From positions 1,054,001 through 1,118,000 of the forward strand of contig JBLDXI010000074.1 of assembly GCA_047495785.1 (NCBI GenBank): a DNA stretch of 64,000 nt, written 5' to 3'. Made by a program: the position numbers and the translations under genes. Source of the stretch: Lepidodermella squamata. Its lineage: Eukaryota > Animalia > Gastrotricha. The notes under the pieces were generated by a model, which was given only the letters and a program-made list of their open reading frames with translations, was not told where the DNA came from and did not search any database. Numbering within the stretch: the first letter of the stretch is position 1; each line of letters starts with the position of its first letter. Below, piece after piece: positions 12,101 through 25,772 of the stretch.

Positions 12101-12494
12101 ATCTAGCGCTGTAACCTGAAAACTAATTTGTTACCCTTAAAATAGGGACGTTTACTCGGTTTACTACTAGGAAAGATTTCACCCGAACTTCAAAATTGCA
12201 TGCTTGAAAATAGTTTAATTTTCTTTATCTTACAGGAAATTCATTACTCAGTAATAAAAACAAAATTTGCTCACGTTCAGCAAGAAGAGCCAGTGAAGCA
12301 CCGTCGAGCGGAGCCAGCTCAACGAGTTTCTGAACCATCCTCGAGCCGGCAATATCTCGCGAAACCGCCTCGACCTCGTCGCGCTCGACGAGCTCTTGAA
12401 TGCCATTCGAAATGATCAGCCCGCGTTCTTCCTCGTCGTTCACCGCCATCGCGGCATCGATCAGATTCCGATAGTATTGATAAGGCTCAGCCAT
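9193..12494 (-). CDS. NOP9: Nucleolar protein 9 (PUF-repeat 18S rRNA processing factor); exons 12494-12275, 10793-9193
   Basis: PUF-like repeats GSRMVQKL, ATDRFSSYVLE, ASHVIRALI, GNYTIQAAL; C-terminal SKYGRF..W; phase-compatible GT..AG intron. Confidence 0.85.
10968..11560 (+). pseudogene. Highly degenerate retroelement remnant (Penelope-like GIY-YIG region) in NOP9 intron
   Basis: CSCSASRLG..R..H resembles the C-x-C..YiG.T..R..EH motif; frames are broken. Confidence 0.3.
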
Positions 12495-13288
12495 AATTAA
12501 AAACACCTAAAAATTGAAAATAAAATCGGAAAATTAATTTTCTGCGATTTTTTTATTAAATGTTTCGCTTCGTTCTCAAAACGCTATTTATATAGCGCAT
12601 GCATAAATAAATAGTTAAAAATCTTTAGGCATGGCAATTGTGTTTTCACTTTATCATCAACATCGAAAGGACAAAAGCTGAGCATAACTTTAAATATAAC
12701 TAAATTTTCACAAATTTCAATATTTTTTCAAGCACAAATACATCGAGAAGCCAATTGACAGGTGTGTAATATATAAGGAAAGAACAACGTGTTGTCGTGG
12801 AAGAAGAAGAAGAAAAGTGGTCAGAGAAAAGCAGCAGCAGTAGAGTCTAAAGGCTTGAAATGAAGTCAGCAGCTGGAAAATTTAAGCATCACAAAAAACG
12901 GCGGTGCGGCTAAAATCTTTTGAAGGCATCTAAAACCGATAATATATCACGTCAAATTAATTGTATATAGCAGCTGAACAAAAAATTCCACAACGAACAA
13001 AAAAATATTAAATTGCGTGATTTTTCGATTCACCACAAAAAATTGCATTTTTTCTCTCTCACACGTGAAAATAAAAAATAGAAAGCATCCAGATCGAATC
13101 GCCATCACGGAATTTCAACTTCGGCAGATTTTCCACGTCGTAAATAAGTATTGCTTTGACGAAAGAAAAATCCGTAGAATGTTTCGTTTTTCTCGCTCAT
13201 TGCGTTGAGGCGGAATCGTTTAGTTTTAAGTAGAATGGCAGATAAACAATTTAAAGTTGAATTGAATGCAAATGAAATGACCAGCTTT

Positions 13289-16200
13289 TCAGGAATCGGG
13301 CGGCTTGTACCCGGAGGAAATCAGGTTCATGAACACCAACAAGACTTGGCCCTAAAAAAAAAGAATCAAAATTTAGTATATTCCTTTTCCATGAATTTCC
13401 AGCAGTTTAAAATTACTGAAGTTTTTCGAAATCCCCAAGAAATTTTTCAACAATTTGGCCAATTATTCAATTATTTCGGGTTTGAATGTTCGGGCACGCG
13501 TCATAGTTTAAGCGCGTATTTCATTCATATTTCGCCCTCTAAAATCGTCTTTTGCCTTTTCATTCCGAACATGTGATCCCTGAGAATGGAGAGAAATGAA
13601 TAATCTCGTCTTAGGTATTACCTGAAGATAAATAGTTGAAGCAGAAAGCGCGGCGGCCGGACCAGCGGGCGGCGACAGCAACGTGGCGCCCCAAATGGTG
13701 GACAAGTTTTCGGAAGTCATCAGATTGCGATCGCTGCGGTCGGCAACGCGGCACAAGTGTTGCAGGAGGAAACACGCCGTTTTGCGGTTCACTTTCGGCA
13801 ACCGCTCGAATATCGACGCGGCAAGCTTCAGCGGATCGGGCTGTGATGCGCTGTTGTTGTTCGACTGGTTTTCGGCGACTAGTTGCAGGCACTCCGAGCC
13901 GAGCGCTTCGGTGAACAGCGGGTCGGGCAGTTCGCGGAAGTAACTCTTCAGCACCCCGGTGGCGACATTCACATCAGCCATGTGCAGTTGCTCACGCGCA
14001 GTCGAAATATCTACAATCGAAATAAATCGAAAAATTCATAAAAATCCGATAAATTCTGAGAAAATGGAAAATTCTTCCTCTCGTTCAACTAAGAGAATAA
14101 AAAACGTAGGAACGCCGGGACGAAAAATTCAAAAATTCAAAATTTTAAATCAACCAGCAGAGGTAAATTACATCAACTATCAACATCGAGGTCGTAAACA
14201 ATTTCAATAGTCAAGGTCTAAATTAGGCACAAAGTTGGAGAGCCAACAATCGTTTTACGTAACTTTAATTCTGTAATAGGCCTCTTAAATGGCACCAGTT
14301 TCAAGTTTCTTCCTTGGAAAGTGGCAATTTAAAAGCTGAGACTTTAAATGGCAGTCATTCCGGTCTCATTGTAAAAATCCCTCTAATAACTCTTAAACCC
14401 CGATGAAGATATTTTGCCTATTACTTTGAGGAGACGTCCATGTAAGACTAGTCTTTGCTATGACAATCAACAAAAATCAAGGTCAAACTTTCCGCGTCGT
14501 AGGTTTACAATTAGCTAATCATCAAGTTTTTACGCACGGGCAGTGATATGTAGCTCCGCCCAGAATTACTGCATCAATATCGCTTTCACAAAGACGAACC
14601 GGCTGAATTCGTCTTCGTTCAACCATCACATTAAAAACATTAGAAACCACCCTGTCCTTCATCAAGGTCGTTTTCTGTTCGGAATTCACCGTTCGGCAAC
14701 TCATGGAATAACACGATTAGGAACGCGAAAAAGTTAATAGCTTCACGATAAACGACATTGCTGTTAGGTTGTAACGTCCTTTACCCGCTGGTTTCGGTAC
14801 CTGGACGCTGAAGCAATTATTTGACAGAATATTCAAGAGAATAGGCTTTGCAGGTAGATTTCTCGGATTGCATTTCCGCCGGCATTCCCATTGCCTCAAT
14901 GTGAATCTTTCAACGAGTCATGGGGCCCCAAAGAGGCTGGCGAGTCAGATTGAGTTGACATTTTCATTACATCTGGTTAAATCTAAACGAACTACCTACA
15001 CTACAATCTACGATTCCCCTTTCAAGAAAAAATGGGGCTTCTTCCCATCAAGCTCAACTTTCCCGCCAAATGATTCTCGTTCGATAACTCTAGTAATGGA
15101 GGATAATTCATTCGAAAAAATGTCGGCTTTCGACCGACTCGACAAATCACGTATCATTACTTTGCTTCTTTTTCCTTTCTTTTTTCGACTACTTTTTTCG
15201 TTTTATCACGGCGTCGAACTGAAGAAACAGAAGAAAAGGCGGAGCCGCCCGAAGAAGTACAACACGCCAGCCGGTAATCTTTTTTTCTGTTCTATGGTTG
15301 TTTATGATTTCATTGTCATTCCTTAAATGACATGTGGACTACCACAGCTGCCTCACCTTCCCCGTCCGCCCAGAGGTGGCATGCAAATAGTTTATATCAG
15401 CATTAATAACAATAATAAAAGATTGATTATAACTAATAAAATGCCGAGAAGGGTGATGATGAGAGGCTTGACGAAAATCAATTCTTACTCTGTTCCTGTT
15501 TTTTTCAGATCACTGGTTCATCGACCTGTTGCCCTCATTCCGGGATGGCCGCTTTACACCTACTGATGTTGCCAAGTATAACGATTTTGTTGAGAAATCG
15601 CTGATTATCCAGTTTATTTCGAAAAATGCGAATTCAGACTGCATCCGTGATTGGGTGTTCGCCAATACTCGCCGCAGGCCAATGGTTAAGCTTTTCGGCA
15701 AAAGTGACTTATATCGTACCATGCTACGTTGACGTTCGTTAATGCTGACGAAAAGTCGAAGGCGCTTTCTGCGGCGACTCAATCCGGCGACTCAATCCGC
15801 ACCACTTTCGGGAAGAACGCGAAAATTCTGGATATCGCAGATATTAACTCGGCTATGCAGCTAGCCAGTGAAAAGCTATCAGACCCTGGCTTACTACTGC
15901 TTGACTTACCGCGACACATCACTCGCGAGAACATACTCAGCCATCTTCCAAGCGGCTTCGAAGTCAATGTTGTCGAGCTGCCATATTTCGAGTCAAACCA
16001 TGCGTCTTGGAGGCGAACGAACGGCGACGAAGAGACCAACCTGAGTCCTGAATGCTGTACCGCCTTAACGGTGCTAGATACGTTCAAACGGCCTTTTGCA
16101 ATCGACTCCTAGGCCCTTATTTACCCTAGATCAGAAGTAGTTTGCTACAATTTCTATCGCTTTTTTCATTTCTAGAATATTTATCATCAAAATGGGGGTT

Positions 16201-19200
16201 GTCACTCCTGGTACCACTCAGTCTACCAAGAAGAAGAAAGTTCAACTCAAGATTGATTCCTACATAAATTCTTGTGTCCCATATTTCTATGTAAAAAATT
16301 ACAATTTTGTTTACTTGATATTAATCAAAAATCAAATCTGTGTAGCCACGCCAGTTTTCATCGAAACTCATAAACCACACCCCCAGACACAACAGCTGGT
16401 CAAATAATAACGATGCCTAGGCAGGTCGGAAGAGATTAGGATTTCAGCCGATAATGCTCAAAGTGAGACATTGTAACACAAACAAAAACAAATCAAATGA
16501 CGATTTTTGGAAATTCACAATTCACAATTGAAAAGTTGGCTCCTCAGGCAAAAAATGAAACAAATAAACACACCCTTATCAAATGCTGCCTTGACCCGTT
16601 TCACCTCGCCGACAAGGCCGGAAATTCGATAGAGACCTTCCTGGTGGAGCCCATCGCCCGCTTCAATGCGCCGCACACACTCCGTCACAATGCGCGGCAC
16701 GCTCGTCTCACTGCCGTCACGCGCCACCACATCGGCGATGGCCATGCCGAAAATCGACCCAATCGACCCTGCCCGCAGGCCGGCGATGCTCGCCAAGCCG
16801 TGGCGCCGTCTCATCGTCATATGCGGCGGTCGATACTTCACGGTCAACGTCAGCGACAAGTGCGGATCGGTGGAATTCGCGGCTAAAATGCCGATAGGCT
16901 GCATGACAAACGGCCGGCCCAGCCAATTCGCGTCCAACTGCATCGCACTCTGCCCGACAATCACGTCGCGGCCCTCGGGTTCCCGCGAGTAGCAGACAAC
17001 TCGAATCGTAGACGAGTTATTCAAGTCCAACTCGAACTCTTCATTCCACTGCGGGTTGATGCGGCAGTCGCTCAGCCGTGTCTGCGCCTGCAGCTGAAAA
17101 TGGCCGAAACAGTCGACGTAGAGCACGATCGAAACTTGCTTCGGGCTGTTCAACCCGCTCAACTCGTGAATTGTCACAAACAGCTGCCCGGTCAGTTGTT
17201 GGTGGCCCATCGAATCGTGATTTTTCTCGACCGTAGGCCCGGCTATCACGCCAGACACCGTCACGCTGTGGTGGTCATGCGTGAACATCTGCTGCTGCTG
17301 ATGGTTCTCGCCACCCACCGTCTGCGGCCCGGGCAGCTTCACCGAAGTCTGGCTGCTCAGGCCGATTTTCTCTGAAACTTCATTGCACAGCATTGTTAGA
17401 AATTCCTTGGAAAAGTGGCTCGGGGTGGCGGGCGACGACGTCATCAGCCGCATTTGGCACGCATGCAACGCGCGTTTCCAGTCGCCGAGTTCGAAGTCGC
17501 TCAGAAACAACAGCAGTTTCGAGTCGTTCGACGTTGAAATCAAATTTTTCTGCTGCTGCTGCGAAATTTCGCTGCCGTTATACAGCCGGAGGGGTACTAG
17601 AGGCGCGGCCACCAGCCATTCTTCCTCCAATTGCTGCAATTTTTTGCGCTGCTCCTGAACCGCCGAGTTGGAAATCGTATTGCCACGAGATATCGCGAGT
17701 AAATTTCGTCGGATTAGCAAAATTTCGTGGCTTAAATCTTCGAGTTTCGACTTGACGGGCTGGTCCACCTTGACCGGGGGCAGGTCTTCCAGTTTCATGT
17801 CCGTGACTTGAAACCACCAAATCGCTTCGAATTGCACGCGGTTGTTTCGCGCGATTTTGCGCTTACAAGCCACGAAAACGTCTGTGAATAGGAAAGTGTA
17901 GCGCAGTTTTCGAACCGAATCGACGGTGAGGGTTGCGAGTTTCGACGTTGGCGGCGTCACCCATTCGACTAGTGGCACGGCTGGGCGAAGAACTTGCCGC
18001 TTTTGGCCGGTTAGCGTGCCTAATTTCTCGGTGCCTGCTACGCCGTCTAACGCTGGTATCGTATCAGGAGCATCGAGCGAAGTCCTAAAAAGAAATTAAG
18101 AATTTAACTGAATTTCAATTAATTTCAGCTTTAATTTTAATTTGAATGATTGAGTTTTTAATTCAATTTTAACTAATTTTTTACTTTATTTGTCATTGAA
18201 TTAACTTGATTCCTCCTAAAATCCTATTCTCAAAATATATTTTTGGATTTTTTTCGTTTTGAACATCAAAATCACCTTTTCTCGTAGTAATTTGAAGGAA
18301 AATCATGTGCATGAAATTTTCTAAATTGAGAAATCGAAACGATCTAACGAGTCGAAATGTACATAGGTAGCAACTCGGACAGCCCGCTAGTCAACAATCG
18401 GTTTCTTAGTCTAACACAAATGTTACTCCGCCTAGATCCCTATTTCATCTTTTTTACAAATTCAACGATTTCGACCGATTCGGTCAGTGTGACGTCCGAA
18501 ACAAAATCGTGCAACGGTGAAATATTCTTCATTTTTCATCTTATTTGAATCCTCCTAAAAATCCTTATTTGAACTTTTTAATTTGGACACTCTTTTTCGC
18601 TTTAATTTCAAGAGGAATTCGGAGCTCGGAATTTTCTGACTTAGAAATCGAAACGACCTAACGAGTCGAAAGCCTATCTGGTAGCAATTCGGAAAGCCCA
18701 CTAGTCAACAAAGCGATGCACTAGCGGCAACATCCGTGGTCGCAGCCTGAACTTGCTGTGTCGCATTGTGCAGAATTACCACTTAATCGTGTTCAGATTG
18801 TTTTTTCTTATCCAATGTATCCAATGCTAGCCAGTACCCTGTGCTTTTTCTCGCTAAGCCTGCAACGACTTCAGCGTGACGAAGACGGCTAGCTCGAATG
18901 CCGTGAACGGGTTGACGCATTCAACCGTAAACAAGGTGCTTTGCAATCTCGGCGAACGAGGCACCTCGCTTACCACCGTCGCTAACGACAGCGGGTAGCT
19001 CAGTACTCACAAAAGTACACGCGAGAGCAGCTCGTCTCCATGGCGAAGTATGGAATTTTGTATGAATTACAAATCGCCAAGATGTAACGAGTTGAAATAT
19101 AAACGGAGAGCCCACTAGTCAACAATCGATTTCTTAGTCTAAGAAAAATTTAGTCCACCCAATTCCTAATTTATCTTTTTATACTAATCCAACGTTTTCT

Positions 19201-22200
19201 TTCAACCGCTCCGGCCAATGTGATGCCCGAAATAATATAATTGCGCTTCCAAGCCTGCAGAGACCAAGAAGGCTGGCTGGAATGCGGTATTCCACTACAC
19301 AAGCTGTCCGGCTCTTTGAGCTCATGTTCCGCTTCCTGAAACGAATGCTCGACCGCAACGTTTTCCTAGGTGGCGACATCGCAAGGGCGATCATGGAGGG
19401 CATACGTTGCATGAAGTAAGATCACCTTAATGACTTGTGGTACGTTATAAAGGATAATTGCAGTCCTGCGTGCGACTTTTACGCCAAGGTTTCACTTGTC
19501 ATGGCGAGGAGACTCGCTTTACGGTCAGAGTCCGACAGAGGCCAACCTCGAGTTCCTGCAATCCTGCTGGGATTTCCACTCGAGGCGCTGGGGGTATGCG
19601 CTGAAGTTTAATGTGTGACGCTGGCTATGTTGGCATGACCGCAAGGCATTTACATCAACGACACAAGCTTTCATCGAGCTCGATTGGCAAATATCTGGCC
19701 CCACAAAAACTACCAAATAGCTACAAGCATCATGGAACCCTAATTACGAAAGGTACGATTTCAACGAGCCTTGGCGGCTATTCACGCGGGAACAGCTGCA
19801 GTTAGCCCGGGAATATTACGACTTCAAGCTGCAACCCGGGGCCCCCTGAGCTACTAATATTCGACAACTTTCGGAACTTTTTCACCAAGTTTTTGTTGCC
19901 AGCACTGAGCGAAAAAAGGAAGCACTCGCTGAATCAGTTGATCAATCGCCATTCTGGGATTCTCTCAACATCAGCCAGCTGGCTGTAACAATGGACGCAT
20001 CGCCGTGGAAGCTTTTCTACACGACAACCAGCAGCAAACCGTGTTCCTGAAGCTTTAAATAACTGGTTGTCACGAGTGAACGTTACACTGTTTCTCGAAA
20101 GCGATTCCTTGCACGAAAATTACCCTCTTCGACGACAGCTCGGCGATAGCAGCGGCTTCGTTCACGAATTCGTGTTGAATTAAATAAATACTTGGCAAGA
20201 CTATTACTTGTTGCTAAAAAAAACCGGTCATCCTTTTACAATCTGCGATCCCCTTCCTCGGCTAAAGCTTCACCTTCTGGAGGAGCGTCAACTTAGTTCA
20301 TATTTCTTAACAGAGAAATCAGCTGTCCAATGGAGAAAAATCTAAGCAATATCTGACAGATTGAAAGGGCAGGTCGCCTATGCGCTAGTGCTAGATAAGC
20401 AACACGCGATCGCTTCCTTTTCTACTAAATTTATATCCGACACGAGTATTTCATTATTATAATAATTAATTAGCCGTTATTTTCCAAACTATTTTAAAAT
20501 TTAAAAAAGGGTCTTACTTTTAGCGGAACGAAATTTGACCGTAGAGGAACCAAATTTTGGAATTTTCAATGGGCCTAAAACCCATTTTCGAAGCTTTTAT
20601 GAATGTCATGATTGATTGGCACAACTTAAAATCAATTATCTATGAATTCAGCGTGAAATTCTGTATAAGACTATAGATTTCGTAAATTGCCGTAATTTCG
20701 TGGAAATATTCAAAAAACGACCTTTTTCTTATCTAAAATTAGGTTCCGCAACAGGCAAATTTGGTTCCGCTAAAGATATTCTGCTTTAAAAACATTTTCA
20801 AAACTTTTTACCTATTTTTCCAAAATATTGAAAAATATTTTTACCTGAGTTTTTGTCGAACTGAGATCAAAACAACGTGATCGGGGTGATTGGGCGGTGT
20901 CACCTCAATAATCCGTTCCAGCGCCAGACCAGTCGCCTGAAGCCTCACAATCGGCAACAACAACACGTCCTCAAACCGCTTTTTCGTCCTGCCCTGCTTG
21001 CGATCACTGATAATTATCTCACCACACGTTTCATTGAATTTCGCCGACTCCTTCAAGCAACGCGTCGCAGTTTCTAGCACACTCGGGTAGTCCCTCAAAT
21101 ATTGCGCATACAACGCCAGTCGATCCGTGTATTTTTCGCCGACGAGAGGCGCGAACAACGGCTCATTCGGCGCCCATTTCAACATGCCCTCCTCCAATTT
21201 TTCGATAAAACTCTTCTCAACGTCGTAAATTCGCGGAATTAAACCGAAAATCGCCTGAAAATCCGCGGCTGAAATGACGTCAGGTTTCGGGCTGGACAGC
21301 GTGGTTTGAACCGCCCGCGCGTATTTTACGACTGTCTCTAAAATATTGACAAAATCGCGCTGATCTGCGATGAACCCGGTGATGAGGCTTTTCCGCAACT
21401 CCGCCATTTTATCGACGACTTCGACCTCATTCGACGTGCTGCTCAGCTCAGAGTCGAGAAACCCAAACTGCTCATCAATCATTTCAGCCTCCTCGGAGTT
21501 TTTCCCAGAGCCGAAACTGTTGAAACTCTCGATGTTCACGTAGCCCTCGGCCGCGACTTCCCGCGATATATTTTGCGGCGGCGATGGCGATTTACTCGAA
21601 ATTATCGGCCGTAAGTTTTGCTGCTGCCGCATCTCCATCGCTTTTTTATGCATTTTCTCCTCGTCGAACGTGTGCCGACGCGTTGGCGTGTTTTGAACAG
21701 CGTTATCCAACGGCCGTCTCAGCTTCACTGAGCCGATTTTGTCGGCCGAGTATGGTGAGGTGATTTCGGGTAATGAGCCTTTTTTCGGCGCTTTTTCCCC
21801 GCTGTCCAGCGGCCGCACTGAGTAGCAGTCTGATAGGTTGATGTAGTCGTCTTCGTCGTCGATTACCGCCACAGGAGGTTTCGGGTCTGGGCTGGCTGGT
21901 TGTGTTTGTTTTATGCTGCTCGTCCGAGGCGGCACAGCTGGCCGGACTGGTTGGCTGGCGACAGATGGCGGGGCTGTAGGCGGCAGGCTTTGCGGCGCCA
22001 GTTTTGTATTCGCGTAGTTCGCCAAACATTCTAAGAATGATAAAAAATTCAATAACAATAAAACTTCAGAAAAATCGAATTTTCCTTCAAAATCGCAATG
22101 ATTTTCGCAACTTAGATTTGACTCAAATTATATGAAAAATATTACTTAGTAGGTTGCATCTGAGTCTCTCCGGGCATTCCTGCCGTTCCAGGTTCTATGG

Positions 22201-24777
22201 TTATTCCCGATACGATCACCTCTCATGTGTGCGGTGTACGACGACCTACCTTGTCACCGGCGCCCTGAAACTGTTCATACAGTGGCAATGCGAATTGCAT
22301 GAAAACTGCTCGGTGTTTTGGTATTTCAGTTTTCAGCGAAAGAATTGATGACTGATTCGACGAAGCGTCATGTTCTTGCCCGAGTCGTTGCGCACATACG
22401 TGTGATAGAATTTCAGGGTTGTATTGCTTGGTTCAAATTTTTTGCTATTTTCCTCTCCGTTTAGACAAGGGGGCTAATTCAAATTCAGAGATGCATCCTC
22501 GCCACGAAGGCTGATCACTTGAACGATAAAATTTTACAGCGGCTACCAGGAAACGCTTAAATTAAACAGTTAGATGCCCTAACGGCTTTTTGTCATCTGA
22601 CAAGAAATTTTTGATTGAATGTTTCGACACAGTAATAAATAAAACTCTAATTGCATTTTTCATACAATATGGCCGTTCCGTTCAAAAAAACAATCACCGA
22701 TTAGAATCGTCAGCTTTTAAAATTACCACGAAGCAACTTGTCGAGAGACAATTGGTACGAGATATCGAACTACATACTGTTACCGCAAAAACCAGGAAAC
22801 AGCCTCCGAAACATAGTCCACCAGTCAACTGCAACAGCTTGGCCAAGGCCTAGGCGTTGTTTTCAATCTACACTCTAAAACTTAGCCGTAGCCACACTCG
22901 CCGCTTCACTAATTTCTTCGGCCAGCGCTACTCGCTCAAAACGACAAATCGAACTTAACACGGACGCTTTTACTTCCGACCACGTAATTTTCCCGCAAGC
23001 ATTGCTCAAAGGCACTAAGAAACAGCTGGTCTACATGTTCGACGACGTGATTTTAACCGCCTTGAATATGCAAGTTGAGTTTCAGAAGCCGAAATTTATT
23101 CGCCAATTTTATCCGGAGGAAGTTCAACACGTACTCGATTTTTGGGAAGAAACTGGGACAAATTGAAATCATGTGCCGCTTATCTCGGAAAATGGTGTGC
23201 GCCGATACTTATTTGTGATGATTTATGTGGGAGCTCATTCACGTTGGCAGTCCTCAATTTTCCTCAGTCTAGGCTAATAGGTATTATATAGACGTTTTAG
23301 AATGTACTTTTAGCAAACAATCGTTCTCTTAGATGCTCATCTCTTTCGAAAATTCTCAGCCGTCAATGGGGCAACTCTACCTGAATTCAACCTAATTTCA
23401 ACCTTCATCTAGTTATTTTGTGGCTAATTTGTCTTGTTTTGCTTGTATTAGTCTGCGATGATGGCTGCGAGAAGGCCTACACGCCTTTCTAATTGAAAAT
23501 GTTCTCCACAAATCTTTCTTATCCAATACTTATTGTCTAATTTATTTGTATTTTATAAGAGGTATTCAAAATGTTGGTTTAATCGGACCGGATAGCTCTC
23601 CCACCCGCGCATCAAAACTTGTTCTCTTGTTTCCACTTGTTTTAAATGACTCAGGCTCTCCGTCTAACTAAATACTTGCACTTGTTGACCGCGGCTTATT
23701 GTTGTATAAGTTCCAAGTTGGAAATGATGAAAAGATTGAAAGGATGAAAGGATGCGAAAATCGGCGTGAAAACCGGAATGGTGGAACCAAAACCGGGTCT
23801 GGTCAGAGCCGGGGCAAACCCGTGTCATTTTTCGCACGAGACCCGTTTCGTGCGTTACGGGCGTCCCGGTTCAGATAGTCTCACCTTACATAACGTGCGA
23901 AAAATGACACGGGTTACGGACTAGGTTTTTAATATAAAACCGTGTCAGGTCTTAGAGTGTAGTTCCAAGCTCAGCTGTTTTCTTCAATAACTCGAGCTCG
24001 ATTCCCTGATGACCAATCATTAAAATGTTGGCAAAATGCTCTAAAAAGCTTTGGTATCGGGGTCACTGTATTTTCTTACCTTAGAAGTAGGAAAGACCGA
24101 GATCGTCTGTACCGGTCGAAACCGGATTGCACTGAATGTCTAGTAACAACAACCTAACAACCCTTGCACGATGACAGGCATTCACTCTATTAGATGTGAG
24201 GTGGAGCCTCGACTGCTGAAGGAAAAGGACCAAGCTCAAGAGCGAAATATAGTCCATCAGCCATCATCATATTACTTTTCGCAATTCTATACATTCTTCA
24301 GTGATGTTTCGAGTTGTAAGCGAGGAATAAAAACGAAAAGACTCATCGAAAATTACGAAAACCCGAAAACACATCTCGTGAGAGTGGGCGAGTGTGGCTA
24401 CGGCTAAGTTTTAGAGTGTAGATTGAAAACAACGCCTAGGCCTTGGCCAAGCTGTTGCAGTTGACTGGTGGACTATGTGAATGAAATTTTCAAAATTGCA
24501 GTGTGGGCAATAAATAAAATTGGGGTCATGACTTTTAAAACGAGTTTTTCTTACCTTTACAATCTGTTGCAAAGTCGAGCCGCCGATTTTGTTTGCGAAC
24601 TTCCCGCTCTAGCTCGATGAGTCGCTGCTTCCGATCGGCAATTTCGCCTTCGAGTTTGGCTAGGAACGCGCACACCTCATCGCGGTCTGGCTTCATTTCG
24701 TCCAAAATCGTCTCGAGCCATCTTATCTCGGGCAGGTCTTCGTCGTTCAACTGGCACAGTTGCTCATAAAAACTCAT
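13289..24777 (-). CDS. BCR: BCR/ABR-like protein (coiled-coil, DH, PH, C2, RhoGAP); exons 24777-24555, 22030-20845, 18084-16574, 14010-13622, 13351-13289
   Basis: N-terminal coiled coil; DH domain (LLLPIVRL, TPPNHPD); PH (RYTFLFTDVFVACK); C2 (NPQWNEEFELDL); GAP (EGLYRISG, LKSYFRELPDPLF, NLMTSENLSTIWGATL); all junctions phase-compatible. Confidence 0.9.
14410..14570 (+). mobile_element. Helitron PIF1-like helicase remnant
   Basis: Translates to VRLVFAMTINKNQGQTFRVVGLQLANHQVFTHGQ*YVA, matching the helicase motif FAMTINKSQGQT..VFSHGQLYVA. Confidence 0.8.
15529..16112 (+). mobile_element. Frameshifted ORF fragments, possibly non-LTR ORF1-like, antisense in BCR intron
   Basis: Two adjacent ORFs of protein-like composition (LLLLDLPRHITRENIL is RRM-like); no clear family motif. 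Confidence 0.25.
18210..19235 (+). repeat. Degenerate tandem repeat (~340-bp unit, 3 partial copies)
   Basis: TAACGAGTYGAAA..AGCCCRCTAGTCAACAA recurs at ~18345, ~18660 and ~19085. Confidence 0.65.
19250..19860 (+). mobile_element. Penelope-like retroelement remnant (GIY-YIG endonuclease)
   Basis: CDAGYVGMTARHLHQRHK..SSIGKYL matches the Penelope GIY-YIG motif; multiple stops. Confidence 0.65.
20508..20782 (+). repeat. Interspersed repeat family, copy 3
   Basis: Homologous to 3118-3420. Confidence 0.65.
22811..24478. mobile_element. 1.67-kb element with perfect 92-bp terminal inverted repeats (inner TA|CACTCTAAAA CACTA-like ends)
   Basis: 22811-22902 is the reverse complement of 24387-24478; GAA flanks both ends; inner CACTCTAAAAC..GTTTTAGAGTG (22871-24418) is flanked by TA. 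Confidence 0.85.
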
Positions 24778-25772
24778 TTATCGCATTGGAAAATTTGGTC
24801 AAAATAAAAATGAGCAACTAGGAAAAAAATACAAAATATTCAATAACTGTTTTGTTTTTGTAAATAACTGAAAAAACGAAACAAAAATAATATTCTGTCG
24901 ATATTTCTCTCCCAGCACCTTGTTTCATCTAAAGGATTTCTAAGGAATTAAATTATCAGCACATGATTTTTTTTCTTTGAAGGCACTAACGCGAGCAGTT
25001 TGTTTTCACGAGAAACGAAAAACAAATTGAACAAAAACTGAATCTGTTCTGAGCAACAACACACGAGAGCGAAACCGGTACTCACTTGGCTCACGAGATG
25101 AGTCAAAAACGCACTTCTCAATAAAGAAAGAGAAAAAATACATTATACAAGAAATTTAGCTCGGTTTTAGCGTATTCTGTCATCGTTTTTGGCACCTTCG
25201 CATAACATACACATTGAACAACAAAGTGAACCTGCTGCGGCTGATAATTTTGTTTATGTTACACATGGTAAGAGGCTGTAAGACTGGCTCTCATTTTAAC
25301 ATACATTTGAGGTAAGTCAACGTCGGAAAAAGTTTGCACGCAAAAATTGAGGAAGTCACGTTAGGTTTTGAACTTTAAATTGAAATTTATACAATTTTTC
25401 ATCAGATAATTCAATAAATTCTATTCGAATACAAATATTGGAAAATTTATTATTTTTATCTAGCTGTTTTGAAATTTTTCAAATAATTCAGAAATTTACA
25501 AATTCCTGATTACTTGAGAAAAATTTACTAACCAGAATTTTCGCTGCAAAACCTGTTCTTCAAATGATTCTTCAAGCTGTTTCGAATAATGAAATATTTG
25601 TATTTACAATTTAAATTATTGCAATTTTTCATTATTTTTGAATAAATTCCCAAGGCTTTGTTTGATTTTTCGCTCCTTTCGAGATCTGATTTCAATTCAA
25701 ATGTATTGCCTCTATTTTTCCGCACATATTTTTCCTCAATCAAAAAAATAATAGTATTCCGAATTCCGCAAA

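Noticed and set aside
18695-19125. 17-bp target-site duplication around a 400-bp insert
   Set aside because: Homology extends upstream of the second copy, so it is another unit of the local tandem repeat.
22170-22310. Possible Merlin/ISXO2 transposase remnant (PGSMVIPD, PETVHT)
   Set aside because: Two short degenerate motifs only.
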